A stretch of DNA of 64,000 bases from NCBI RefSeq assembly GCF_009914755.1, contig NC_060942.1, one strand, 5' to 3'. Position 1 is the first letter of the stretch, and each line of letters starts with the position of its first letter. The DNA comes from the human T2T-CHM13v2.0 reference genome, Homo sapiens. Position numbers and translations under genes: made by a program. This document shows positions 1 to 11,960 of the stretch, piece after piece. The notes beneath the pieces were generated by a model. That model ran no database searches, had not been told where the DNA came from, and worked only from the letters and a program-made list of their open reading frames with translations.

Positions 1-153
1 ATTCAGACACTCAAAACAAACATTCCATATAAAAAGAACTTGCTAACAGAACATAAACACATTTAGCACATGAGGGGAGATAACCATGCTCTTTAGTAAA
101 TTTCTCATGTACTGGTAAAACACATATTTTGAGACAGAGCTATATACAAGCTA

Positions 154-504
<351 letters not shown>

Positions 505-619
505 TTATCTATAAAAGTGGTTTAAAATTATGCTTTTCTAAAATTGTGACTTTCTGAGCAATTCAAAAGTGTCATAAATTGTGAGCTAAATTTTTAATTC
601 CTATTTAATATTTGAAAAA

Positions 620-930
620 ACTGGGGTTTAGAGAGGTTAAATTGCCTGCCCAAGGTTACCCAACCAGTAAGTTCAAAAGAGGGAATTTGAAGTCTAATGT
701 ATTCTTAACCAATTTGCATCTTCAAAAGACAATGTTTAGTGAACACCAATATGTCATGTTATTTCATTTAGTACTCATCGCTACCCTCTGAGGCATTATT
801 CTTCTTTTACTAATGAGGAAACTGAGGCCCTAAGGGATTAAGAGAAGTGCTCAAGGTACATGTTTGTTATGTGACACATTAAGAGGGATTCTCACCCAAG
901 TCTGTGTAACTCCAAAACCCGTGAAATCCC
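620..930 (-). mobile_element. MIR fragments
   Basis: MIR core-like words: gagaggttaaattgcctgcccaaggttacccaaccagtaagt; ttttactaatgaggaaactgaggccc...tgctcaaggtaca. Confidence 0.6.
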
Positions 931-2196
931 AGTGCACCTTAATTCCTTCTGGAGCTGATACGATTGGAAATATGATTGGTTTCTAAAAAAAGTTACTTCC
1001 ACTTCCTCTAGTTTTTCAGACTTGAGAAATCACTAGAAATGGGGATAAGTTGAATTTGGGTAGGGAGGGAGGAAAGGAACCAAGTAAACTCTGAGCAGGG
1101 GCAGAGAAAAGAGATTTTTTTTCCCTAGCTCAATTTTCAAATGTTTTTGAATCATTTTTTTTTTCAATCAAATTCAGAGCATGCCCCATTTATTTGCAAA
1201 CCTGGCTGGTATAATTTTTGTCATAGTAACCCACGTTTTCATAATTTTCATTTGAGATTGCAAAATGCTCTTGCACAGCATTTTAAAATAGCAGGCAAAC
1301 CAGCCTTGGAGCCCTTTCCCTGGGAAGGGTAGCGGTGGGGGTGGGAGCTCTTCTCCTAAAGGACAGAAAGGCAGAGCCACAGGAGCTCTGACACAGGAGA
1401 AGATCCCAAAAAGTAGGACACCCTGGAGGGTATTTGGCATATAACAAGGTTGAGCTAGCTCCCAATCGAAGCAAAATCAAAGCAGCCTGGCCTCACATTG
1501 GAGATGGGAGTCTGCCTGGAGCTGACAAAGCCCAGGCTAGGCAGGGCGTAATGACAGGAAAGGAAATGAAGACATTCCTCAGCTCTCCTCCCACCTTCTT
1601 TTTCTCAGACCCAAAGATGCTGTATCAAATTTCATGCTAGGTGGAAAGAACACATATGCTGCCTGCAGATGCCTCTGCTCACAGGTCATTTTGGCCCTGC
1701 CTGAAGTCAGTACTTTAAATGCATCCTCAAAGGAATTCCTAAAGGAGATCTTTCCCCTGCCAAAACACATATGTGTGGAGAGCATATACGCGTGCATTCT
1801 GGAAATGAGGAAGCCTTCAAGGAGAAGTTTTGCTGGGAGTACCCAAAAAGCTCCTGGCCATGAGACCTGAGAGAGCAAAGTCCTTGCCAACTGGTGCTGT
1901 GGGGACCAGAGAATGCTTCATGGCCCAAGGAGTAGAATCTTGCAGCCAACTCTGGAAGGGTTGGCCAGGGTTTCATATGGGAGTTTGCATTCTTCAGGCG
2001 GGGCCAAGTAGTTGGCACCTATACAACAAAAGCATTCCCTAATGGGAAGCTACATCTTTGGCTTCTTTGATGTATGCCTTTCTGTCTCGGTTATCCCAAG
2101 ATTTTATTAGCTAAGGCAATTTTGTAAAAAAACAAAACAAAAAGAAAACAAACAAAGAACAATAAGAACACCAAGGAAACATACTATGGTGTTAAA

Positions 2197-2210
2197 CACA
2201 CAGACACACA

Positions 2211-2241
<31 letters not shown>
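2197..2241. repeat. (CA)n microsatellite
   Basis: direct reading of the (CA)n run, with CAGA interruptions. Confidence 0.95.
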
Positions 2242-2243
<2 letters not shown>

Positions 2244-2366
2244 CACTACTTACCTTGTAACCAGAACCCAACAACTAACATCTTAGTACCTTCTTCAGAT
2301 GGCTCTTGCATTCAGAAATAATTTTACCTTTGACTAATCACATTTTGAAGTTACTCTTCATGTAAA

Positions 2367-2510
2367 CCAGTGATTTTCAACCTGGGAAGCACCAGGGCCT
2401 TGTACTTAGAGATTTTGATTTGATTGTTCTGTAGCAGGTCCCAGGCTTGGGTGTTTTTACCTGCTCCCTGCCTGGTTCTGAAATGCAGCTAGGGGCTGGG
2501 TACCCCAATA
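2367..2510. mobile_element. MER5A-like hAT-Charlie MITE, degenerate
   Basis: cagtgattttcaacctgg ... agagattttgatttgattg ... ggttctgaaatgcagc resembles MER5A and the copy at 5641. Confidence 0.6.
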
Positions 2511-4090
2511 TCCCTGGAGAAGCACTATGCACCTTCCTCACCTGCTTCATGCATCCTTCCTGCTATGCCTAGATGACAGCAAGAGTGGCAGGAATCAGAG
2601 TTTAAGCCACATTACGGTACGCTCTTCATATTGTATTTCAAGTGGATTCCTTGTGTAATTTACTGTCACACTTTTGAGATACAGGAAATCCTTTTGACCT
2701 ATTGACTTTGCGGAGCAGGTTTCCAGAAGTGTTAAGAATGCTCTGGCGGTCCTAGGTGACCGACACAGTAATCTTGGGGCTTAGCAGAATATACTAGCCT
2801 CTGGCTGTGACATCCACAGGAAACTTCCCCGTCTGGAGATATACATCTGAGAGAACACACTGGCATCTTTTCATTCACCTGAAAAATCAAGAAAACGCAA
2901 ATGTAATCCATGTTTGGATGGATTTCGCGCCCTGGGAGAATCCTACTGGTCATTAATATGCGTTTTCACATTACCATAATCACATCGTGCTTCCTGTTTC
3001 TTAGCTGAGGAGGTGGAAGATCTTGGATTACCTGGCCAGAGTTATATACTTTTGATAAGACCAACCAGTTCATAGTTTCTGACTGCAGTGAGTCCACTTC
3101 CCTTGTAATGAACACATGGCTCCCTTTTGAAGCCACAAGGATAAATGATTTTTGACTTAAGGACTGAGAAAATAAAAAAATCTTTAGATCTTAGGACATT
3201 ATTTCTGACTGATTTGTAATATCCCAGGAGTCTGAATAGAACTTCTTAAGCTATGTTGCATAATACAGTAGCATTCCACATTTTAAAAATGTAGGAGGGT
3301 AGATATATGCTAAATAGTATCTAAGAAAATATTTTAATAATTGCCTTTCAAAGGATTAGTAACTAGATGACTACACATTCAATATATTATCTGGGTTCTT
3401 TGAAAACCTTATAAATTTGAGAAAAATCAACATAAATTTCCTCAAAGATATCCTAAAAATCTATAGTTCAGTTTGGCCATCTTAGCCTTTAATTAAGCAA
3501 GCAGCATTTAATTTTACATGTTCTTTAAAGACATGTAAAATTTAAAAAAGTTCTAGTTTAGTTTGAACATTTCAGCTCTTAATTAAGTAAACAGCACTTT
3601 ATTTGATTTTAAAGTGCTATTTATTTATTTAAAAACATTTACATAGTTCAACATTCCAAAGGGGCAAATGGTTAAAAGTGAAAAGCTTTTTGCTCGCCTC
3701 TCAACTACCCAACTTTCCCTTCTGCAATTCAAACAGTGCTACAGTTTCTTGTATAGGTAACCTTTATTTATGCTACATTTAACTGGAATTGGAGAAGGAA
3801 ACAGATTATTCCCACTGAAAGCCCAGAAAACAAGTTTTGATAGAAAATGGGGGAAGAAGGAAAGTGGCATTATTTTTGAATATGAAGTACAGTAATATTT
3901 ACTGCCAAGTTACTTTCCAAAATGAATCTCTGTTAATCACCCAAACATAATGCCTCCTCAGTAGATGTTGAGAAATACTTGCTTATTTAATTGGCTATCG
4001 ATGGAGTGATATCTTCCTAACACGTCATTTGGTGTTGTGTGTTTTCTTCTGTTTCCACATCCTCTGTGAGGTTCTAGAATTAGGTAAATT

Positions 4091-4405
4091 GGGACCACGC
4101 ATGGTGGCTCATGTCTGTAATCTGAGCACTTTGGGAGGTCAAATTGGGAGGATCGCTTGCACCCAGGAGTTCAAGGCCAGCCTAAGCAGCATAGCGAGAC
4201 CCTGTCTCCACAAAAAAAAGTAAAGAAAATTAGCCAGGCATCATGGCACGTGCCCGTACTCCCAGCTACTTGGGAGGTTAAAGCTGGAGGATCGCTTTAC
4301 CCCAGGAGTTTGAGGTTCCAGTGAGCTGTGATTGCACCACTGCATTCCAGCCTGGGCAACAGAGTGAGACCCTTTGTCTCTAAAAAAAATAAAAATAAAA
4401 AATAA
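4091..4405 (+). mobile_element. Alu (AluJ-like)
   Basis: dimeric Alu with aggatcgcttg..cccaggagtt in both arms, A-rich tail. Confidence 0.95.
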
Positions 4406-5474
4406 ATTATTGTAAGCTGGCCCTCCTTACCTTTGATTCCCCTGTTTCCTATGACCAGCCTATTACCCTCATTTGACTTGAAGGCTGGAGTTTCCAGCCT
4501 GCCCCTTCTCACACGTGCAATTTGGATTCACGGGTGGAACTCCAGGTCGTATTCATGGTGCTGAGATACTTGAAGCACTTTCTCCTGAGATGTGGGGCAG
4601 GAGAGAGCTGAGGCACTTTTCCTGCTGTGTTAAGAGCTGCCTCCTACTTTCCCAGCAGGAAAGAGAGCCCAGTTGGGGTGAGAAAGCAGTTTTTTAGCTA
4701 CTGCTGCATGTCAAATAGGGCTTCCTATTGTTTTGTTTACCCTATTGGCTAATTCTATGATTTTAGTTCCAGAAGGGTTTTGCCAGGTGGCAAATATTCC
4801 AGGTGCCTGGGAAACAGCAACACCATAGCAGAGAGAAACAGTGCAAGGCTCTGTTTCGACCAGGACAACCCTCACTTTTATTCTCTATCATTTTTTCCCT
4901 CTTTGATATCCTTATTTTCAAAAACCCAGAAGAATGCATGAAATGGGCTATACCGGACAGGTTGAAGCTAAGAAAGCAGTTTCCTTAGCAACTGTAGCCA
5001 TATGAAAGGCTGGCAAGTCTTCCTTGTCTCATTTTTCATTTCATTTTCTGCAGTTCCTGAAAAGAGGTCAGATGCTCTGTGTTAAGTTCACGTTGCAGTT
5101 TTGCTTGTGGTACCTTCCGTACCAGAGCTAGGCAGGCAGATAACTGTACATGTTACTGACTGCTTTTGTTTATTTCAGTTAGAGATGAGCACATGCACTG
5201 TCACATTTTGCAGTTGGTTCTCAAAGAAACACAGAAGACTTCTTTGTGAAGAGTTCAAAAGCAAAAGTATAAAAGCAAAGGCCACATATTTGCAGCTTGT
5301 TGGTCTTTAATGAGAGCTATTCTGATTTCAAAGTCATATCAGAATATTTTTGGTAATGGCGAACAGAACCACATTAAAAAATTCAAGTTAGTCCTCCACT
5401 AATATGACACCTCTTCTAAAATTATTTGCAAAATCTAAAAAGGAAGTTTTTGGTTAATTTTAAGTTCCTAAATT

Positions 5475-6050
5475 CGATTCAACAGTATTTGTTGCAGCTC
5501 TGATTCACTAAGAACTGCAGGGCATAAGCAGATGTGATAAGATGGTCTGTGCCCTCGAGGAGTTGCAAACTTAGTCCTGGGAATAAGACAAATACAGTGT
5601 AATTACGACTACAAGGAAGAAAGTGATAAATGGCACAAAGCAGTGGTTATCGACCTTGACTGCAGGTTGGAATCACCTGGGGAGCTTTAAAAACACCAGT
5701 ACCAGGGTCCTTCTCCCAGAGGTTCTGATTTCATTGGTCTGGGGTACAGCCTGGGATTGGGATTTTAGAAAGGCTTTTCAGGTGACTCCAATGTGCAGCT
5801 GAGGTTAAGGACCCCTAGTGAAGAGGGTCCGAGAGATGTCCAAGAGACAGTTTTGGTTGGTTGGGGTGAGAAATTGTTTACTTTCAGGTAACATTTAAGA
5901 AAGGCCTTGAAAAGTGGGTGTGAGTTCATCAGGCAGAGAAACTTGGAAGGGAAAGGAAATGTTTGCAGAGGAGAAAAAAATATGAGGAAAGCCACGAAGT
6001 GTGAAACAGGGTGGGTGGATGCGTGGGTATTTAGGGAACTGTGAGCAAAC
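5475..6050 (-). mobile_element. L2 3' remnant interrupted by MER5A
   Basis: attcaacagtatttgttg ... ggtctgtgccctcgaggagttgcaaacttagt matches the L2 3' end in reverse orientation. Confidence 0.55.
5641..5817. mobile_element. MER5A hAT-Charlie MITE
   Basis: cagtggtt...ttggaatcacctggggagctttaaaaa...ttctgatttcattggtctggggt...caggtgactccaatgtgcagc; palindromic MER5A layout. Confidence 0.88.
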
Positions 6051-7619
6051 CCCCTCCATGTGAGTGTGGAGTATCCGAGTCCAGGAGAAGGTGAAGCTTC
6101 GAGGCAGATTGGGAAATCCTGAGGTGGGTAAGGTGAAAAGACTCTGAGCTGGAGGCCAGACTTGCTTCAAATTTGCTTTCTTGTTTTTAACTGTGCCTTG
6201 GGGTCTTTGGGGGTTTGAGCCCAGTCTTGATTGGGGGAAGTCAAGCAGAAGGGAAGACAAGAAAAAGAGCTTATTTATGGGAGAAGAGGATGAGTTCAAT
6301 AGTACAAAATCACCGCAGTTAGGAGGAATCTTGGTTAAACTCCTTTGTTTTCCAGTGGAGGAAGCCCTAGAGGAAACTGACCTAGGACAATGACATGAGT
6401 AGTTATGAGCCGTTGTGATTCCAAGGTTGAGGGAGTTCAGGTGGAGATGTCCAGCAGCCAATTGACAAACAGGTGTAAAGCTGAAAAGAGAGGTCAGGGA
6501 TGAAGATGTAATTTTGTGACTCACTTTCAATGAGGCAATAAGGACGTGGGGGTGAGAGGAATCTGGAAAGGAGAGAAAGTGATATTTAGAAGAAAAGAGA
6601 ATTTGAAACCTATAAAAGAGGCACAGAATTAGCATCAGAGAAATAAGAAGAGAATCAGAATAATTCAGTGGTACAGAAGCCAAGAAAGAGAGTTTCAAAG
6701 AAAGAGATCCTTCACAGAGGAAGGATCAACATGCAAAAGGCTGGGGAGAGACTGCAAGCATGCAGGCTTGCCAAAGGCCCTGGGATTAGAGGCTTGAATA
6801 CAACATGTGACACCATTGTGAGACGGTGGGTGGGAGGTAGATGTTGGGAGCGATGCATGAAGGCCTCTGAGGAAGATGCTATGAGCTTTCTTCATGTGCT
6901 GGGTGGCCCTTCCCCAGATCTTGTATTCAGTCATTTTTCATCAATTAAAAGACAAAATGGTTGTGGTGAAAAACAGACTATTTTGCTTTCTGAGGAGCAA
7001 ACAAAAGCCTCCAATTTTAAAATTCAATTAAAATCAATGAAAAAATGGCATTCTATACTATGAGCTTGAAAATATAAAATGAATAGCTTAAAAAACCACC
7101 ATAATTAGTTATCTTACCAGTCTAAGACTTAGACTTAGACCTGAGTCACTTACAAAGGAATACCAATGGATGGGGTGTGAATATGTATACAGATTATGTA
7201 TATTATGTTTGATAGACAGATCAGGAGAGAGAAAGAGGAAAAGTAGGGTGTTGCAGACGGCACAAATGAAAAGACTCTAGATTTTCCCTTCGGGGAGTGC
7301 AGACAGCATGCTCCAAGCTGTTGAGTGGCTCTGCTCAGCAGTGAGAAAACCCAAAGGCATCGTGCCTCCCAGAATACCCCTCGGCTGGCCAGAAATAGAG
7401 AGTTAATGAACAGGGACAGACGCTACCAACAAAAGAAGAAATGCTTTATTTATTATTCACTAATCTCCAGGGTCCCTGTGCTATTCAGAATTAACATGCT
7501 CTCTGGAATAATGGTTTAACACCTCCTGGTTTGACAGAGCTGTGCTTATCCAAGCACGTGCAGCATTTTTTTTCCTGAGAGCCAGGATGGAGCATAAAAT
7601 GGAGCCCCTGACTCTTCCA

Positions 7620-7850
7620 GCCTTTGAAGGGCATCTGGTCCACCCTCCTGCCCCATTGTAAGAATGACCTCACAGCATCACTGACAAGGGCTGCCTTCTC
7701 TTAATAAGTTTTTAGTGTTAGGGAGTTCACCACTTAATAAGGTAGCCCATTATGTTTTAAGTGATTTTATAACCTTTAGAAAATTTTCCCATATATTGAA
7801 TTCTTTCTTTCTATAGCATTCATCTTGTACCTGGTCCCAGGTCTTCTCTC
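7620..7850. mobile_element. L3/CR1 remnant
   Basis: gcatctggtccaccct ... agtgttagggagttcaccact..taaggtagcccatt resembles the CR1/L3 3' region. Confidence 0.45.
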
Positions 7851-9799
7851 CTTCAGGTTTCATCGTTTCCCTCAAGCTTTTCCTCTATGAACCATTGAAT
7901 TTGTACTCTACTACAGTCTTTATGTTCATTTGCTTTATGATATGAAAATAAAATCTTAAAAAGTCATAGCTTATGTACCCAAATTAAAATTCTGTCCTGT
8001 GATGTCCAGGTCCATTGGGATCATGCATTCCTTTAAAAAGTCCTTGAAACCAACACAATGTTGTTAACTTCATTTGCTCATTCATGCTAGCAGAGTCTAG
8101 GCTCCTCTTAGAATCTGAATGGAATGCTTTATTATGTGTCTTTGACAAGCATCTTTCTGAGCAGGGACTTCCATCCTGTATGTCAGACCTACTGAAGGGA
8201 GCCAGTCTATGTTGTGAATGCAAAGGCATCACTTTCTTCGGTGGTGAGCTTGGTTGATATCTGGGCTATCAGAAAAATGTAACAGTTATCACTTACAGAA
8301 GCCCATTTGCAGTCAAATCACAGAACTTCTAAAAAAGCAAAAAAAAAAAAAAAAATCCCATGTTAGGGAGAGAATTTTTGCTAATTTTTTTTTCAAGATA
8401 GCAAAGCAGCATAGATGCCACAAGTGTGTCTTTGACAAATTCCTGCTGAGTTGATTTGAACAGAATCTGCTTCTTGTCTCTGAACTTAACATTTTTCTGT
8501 GGAGGTACTGGTGGAGTGCCTCCCCACAAAACAAGAGAGACATCTTTTGACAATTTCTTCTTCTATGAAAGGTATTTGGATCCTTTAGTATTTCTTTGCA
8601 AGACTAGGTCAAGAATTCTGTGTTAGACATTATTTGAAACTTTTTTTTTTTTGTAATTGATAATACAAATGAGAAAACTAGAATAATCAGCAGACAAACT
8701 AGATCAGGAAATCTGCTAGCATCTATGCAGGGCAGCATAAATGCCTACAGTTCAATATCTCGAATATCCAAAATGCTTACCTTCCATATCTGGGTTCTTC
8801 AGAGTCCTCAGGATATCTGGATGACTGCTTTCAGTTGTCACATTTTTGTTCCTTAGGGAATTAACATTGTTATTTTTGTCCACAATGACTAAGAGATATG
8901 CAAATAAATCACAAATGATTTTTTTTTTCTGTACATAGTTCTTCAGGGCATTTTTACCAACTCCTCTTACATAACTTTAAATATAGTGTGAATTGAGGTG
9001 AGACCAATTTAAATTATAGACACTATTCTCATCATTTTAACAAATGCCCTTATCATATCCAGCTCTATTACTTTTACCATGACACGAAGTTCCTGCTAGT
9101 ATCTCTTGGCTCATGTGGACTCCATGAGTTACGCTGGGGTCCCTGTGTAACAGATGCATTTGTAAGCCCCTCTCTGTCCCTTCTTTTCAGTCAGTCTGTC
9201 AATCTACTTAATGACTCTTCCTCTTGGCCTTTTTTAGTAAGGCATTTTTTATACATTAATGGTAGAAGCTTTATGTACAAATAAAGCTTGACACATTTTT
9301 CAAGTGTTGGGATGGCATTTAATGGACACTTTGATGTTTCTTCTATAGATTAGAGGGCTGGCAATTTTACTGAAAGGCCAATGCTTGGAAACAAAGCCAA
9401 TGGCAAAGTGCCTCCCCTTGCCCCACCTCCTTAACTTTTTTGGTTGAAGTACAACTTTTCCTACCATTTTAATGAAAGAACAGCTCAGTAGGTGCCAGGC
9501 TCCCAGATGCCAGGGCGTTTGGAAGAGTGAGCTGAAGGAAAGAGAATGAAGAGGTAGTGTAGACAGAAGATGTGTGGAGTCTGTAATTAAGTAAGAGAGA
9601 GGAGACGTAGGTGAGTTTGGAAAGCAGAAATCTGAGGTTTTTCAATAAATTAACAGAGTCTCTCTCTCTCTGTTGCTCTCTCTCTCAGTCAAATTTTGTG
9701 GTGGCAACTCATTCCTATACCAGGGTGCCACATGTGGAATCCAGATGTTCTTGAATATTCACGTGTAGAATTAGACAAGTTTGGGGGAGAGTCAAAGGC

Positions 9800-10060
9800 C
9801 TTTTATCAAGGCCTGTTTCCAAAGCTATTTTTTCCACAAAGCATTCTCTGATTCCCCTGAAGGCAGACTCTGTTTCTCTTGGATCCCCAAGGGCATTCAG
9901 CACCTCACTTAGCCTTAGAAGTTGCTCCTTGTGAGTTTGTATCCCTTTCTGAACTGTGTGCTCCCTGAGGGTGGGCCTGAACTTGCATGCTTTCGTGTCT
10001 CCTGATGCACTAAGCGTGGAAGGCGCTCTCCCAATGCTGGAGTTGAGTTGGAAGGACTGA
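9800..10060 (+). mobile_element. L2 3' remnant
   Basis: gaactgtgtgctccctgagggtgggcc...gtgtctcctgatgcactaagcgtggaaggcgctc is an L2 3'-end pattern. Confidence 0.55.
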
Positions 10061-10451
10061 AACTTAAAAGGCTGGGAGAGAAAAGAGGTGGGCTTTAAAA
10101 GCATCTGTTCTTTCATTTCCAAGAGCAGTGGATCCACTCCAGAGGCCACCCTGAAGAGGGAACTGACCCTGTGCCATGACTCGAGGAAGCTGCTGTTTTG
10201 ATGGAGGGCATGGCTGCAAAATCTTGCCAGGCCATTTTTACGTGAATATCTTCACAGGATCCTAGGTGCTCATGGGCACAGCCTAGGCTCTGAGGAACAG
10301 GATGACTCTGTTGGGTCATTAGCAAATACTTGACCTCAAGGTGCCAAGGGTAGAAAGGAAGAAGGCCTGGAGGACGAGGCCAGGTACCAGGAAAATAGGT
10401 GAGTCTAGTGAGCATCTTGTGTGTTTCAGGGTTGTGACATCCTTCTTTCTC

Positions 10452-10622
10452 TAGGTAAAGTTCCAAGATTGAGCAGGTGACATAATCTCTCCACCTCCTT
10501 TACTTTCTGGCCCCTTTCAACCATATTCGTTTGTGATCTTCCAATCAGGAGCTTTTATCTCATCCATCTCTGGGCTTAGCCGGGTGCCTGACATGGAAGG
10601 CACTGAATATGAGCTTACTGAG
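10452..10622 (+). repeat. diverged direct repeat, copy 1 (copy 2 at 11600-11768)
   Basis: shared collinear words taggtaaag, cctttcaacca, tgtgatcttccaat, ctgggcttagc, ggtgcctgacatgg. Confidence 0.9.
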
Positions 10623-10779
10623 CCAATCTGTCACCCCCTGTTACGATGCTTGCTTCCATGTGTGTTCTAGTTTGATGGACCTATCCTCCCATCATACTCT
10701 TCAAAGACTGTTACTTTTGAATTTCAACATTGTCCAGCACAACATCTTTTTAAAGGACAACAATAATACATTTTAAATA

Positions 10780-11595
10780 AAATTACTATTTCAGACATGT
10801 TTTAATTTTTATGCACTAATTTTAAAAATAAATAAAATTTGATTTTTAATATTATTTTATTCTATAACTTTATACTTATAAAATGTTATGATGTAAAAAA
10901 TGATAGTTACAAAGCTTAAAAATAAATGGAATGCCCACAACCACCACCCAATCTAAGTGTTAGAATATTACCAAAACTCCCATCCTGTGTGTTATCTTAC
11001 CGCAAACCCTGCTTCTGTTCAGTGGGTAGCAACTCTGCTAACATTTATGATTATTGGTCCATTGAATTGCCTCTTAAATACAGTTTTATCTCAATGTATA
11101 TAATCTTGAACAAAATATTTAGTTGAATTTTTTTAAGTTCTATTTAAAAATGCCCATGATTTTGCTTGTAGATTTCTGGTGCTTTCTTCTCTTTGCTTAA
11201 AATTATGTTCCCAAATGTATTCATGTTGTTGCATGTAGCTATTGCTTGTTCATTTTCACTGCTACATAATATTTAATGATGTGAAAATACAATAATTGTT
11301 TATTTCCCTTTCCTGTTGACAGGCATAGGACAAGTTTTTGCTATTATATTTGGCTGGTATGAACCACCAAATGTGTATGCAGTTATTTGGGGCATATACA
11401 TTGGGAAGCAAGGTCTGCAGGTATTCAGCTTGGCAAGACAATGCCAAACTGTTTTCCAAAGTGGATCTACCAATTCTCCCCAAAGCCGGCTATGAGATTT
11501 CCCCACTGATCTGCTTTCTCTATAACCCTTGGTATTGTCAGACTTAGCAATTTTTTAAAGTCTAGTGGGTACAAAATGACATCTTTTTATTTCTG
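10780..11595 (-). mobile_element. old L1 (L1ME/L1M5-type) 3' fragment
   Basis: ttcatgttgttgcatgtagct...ttcattttcactgct...tgccaaactgttttccaaagtgg...ttggtattgtcagactt, typical of an antisense L1M 3' end. Confidence 0.8.
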
Positions 11596-11599
11596 TACT

Positions 11600-11768
11600 T
11601 AGGTAAAGCCCCCAGACTTAGCAAGTGGCGTTGTCTCTCCTCGTTTACTCCCTAAATCCTTTCAACCACATTGATCTGTGATCTTCCAATAGAGGGGCTT
11701 TATCACGTTCATCCCTGGGCTTAGCTCGGTGCCTGACATGGGAAGACTTGTTGATCTGAGTTTACTAG
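11600..11768 (+). repeat. diverged direct repeat, copy 2
   Basis: collinear with 10452-10622. Confidence 0.9.
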
Positions 11769-11872
11769 AGACTCCATAGAATTTGGATCAACAGAATCTT
11801 AGCATTAGATGGGATTTACCGAATGGAGCATCTGAGAAAGCCCAGAACCAGACAGCAGGAGGTTGGTGTGTG

Positions 11873-11960
11873 CTCTCTCTCTCTATCTCTGTCTCTCTCT
11901 GTGTGTGTGTTTGTGTATATATATATATAACACAATTGTGTGTGTGCAATTGTGTGTTAT
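11873..11960. repeat. compound (TC)n(TG)n(TA)n microsatellite
   Basis: direct reading. Confidence 0.85.

Noticed and set aside
5895-6698. 267-aa - strand ORF
   Set aside because: Ser/Leu/Phe-rich translation of a purine-skewed, probably L2-derived stretch; non-ATG start and no recognisable domain.
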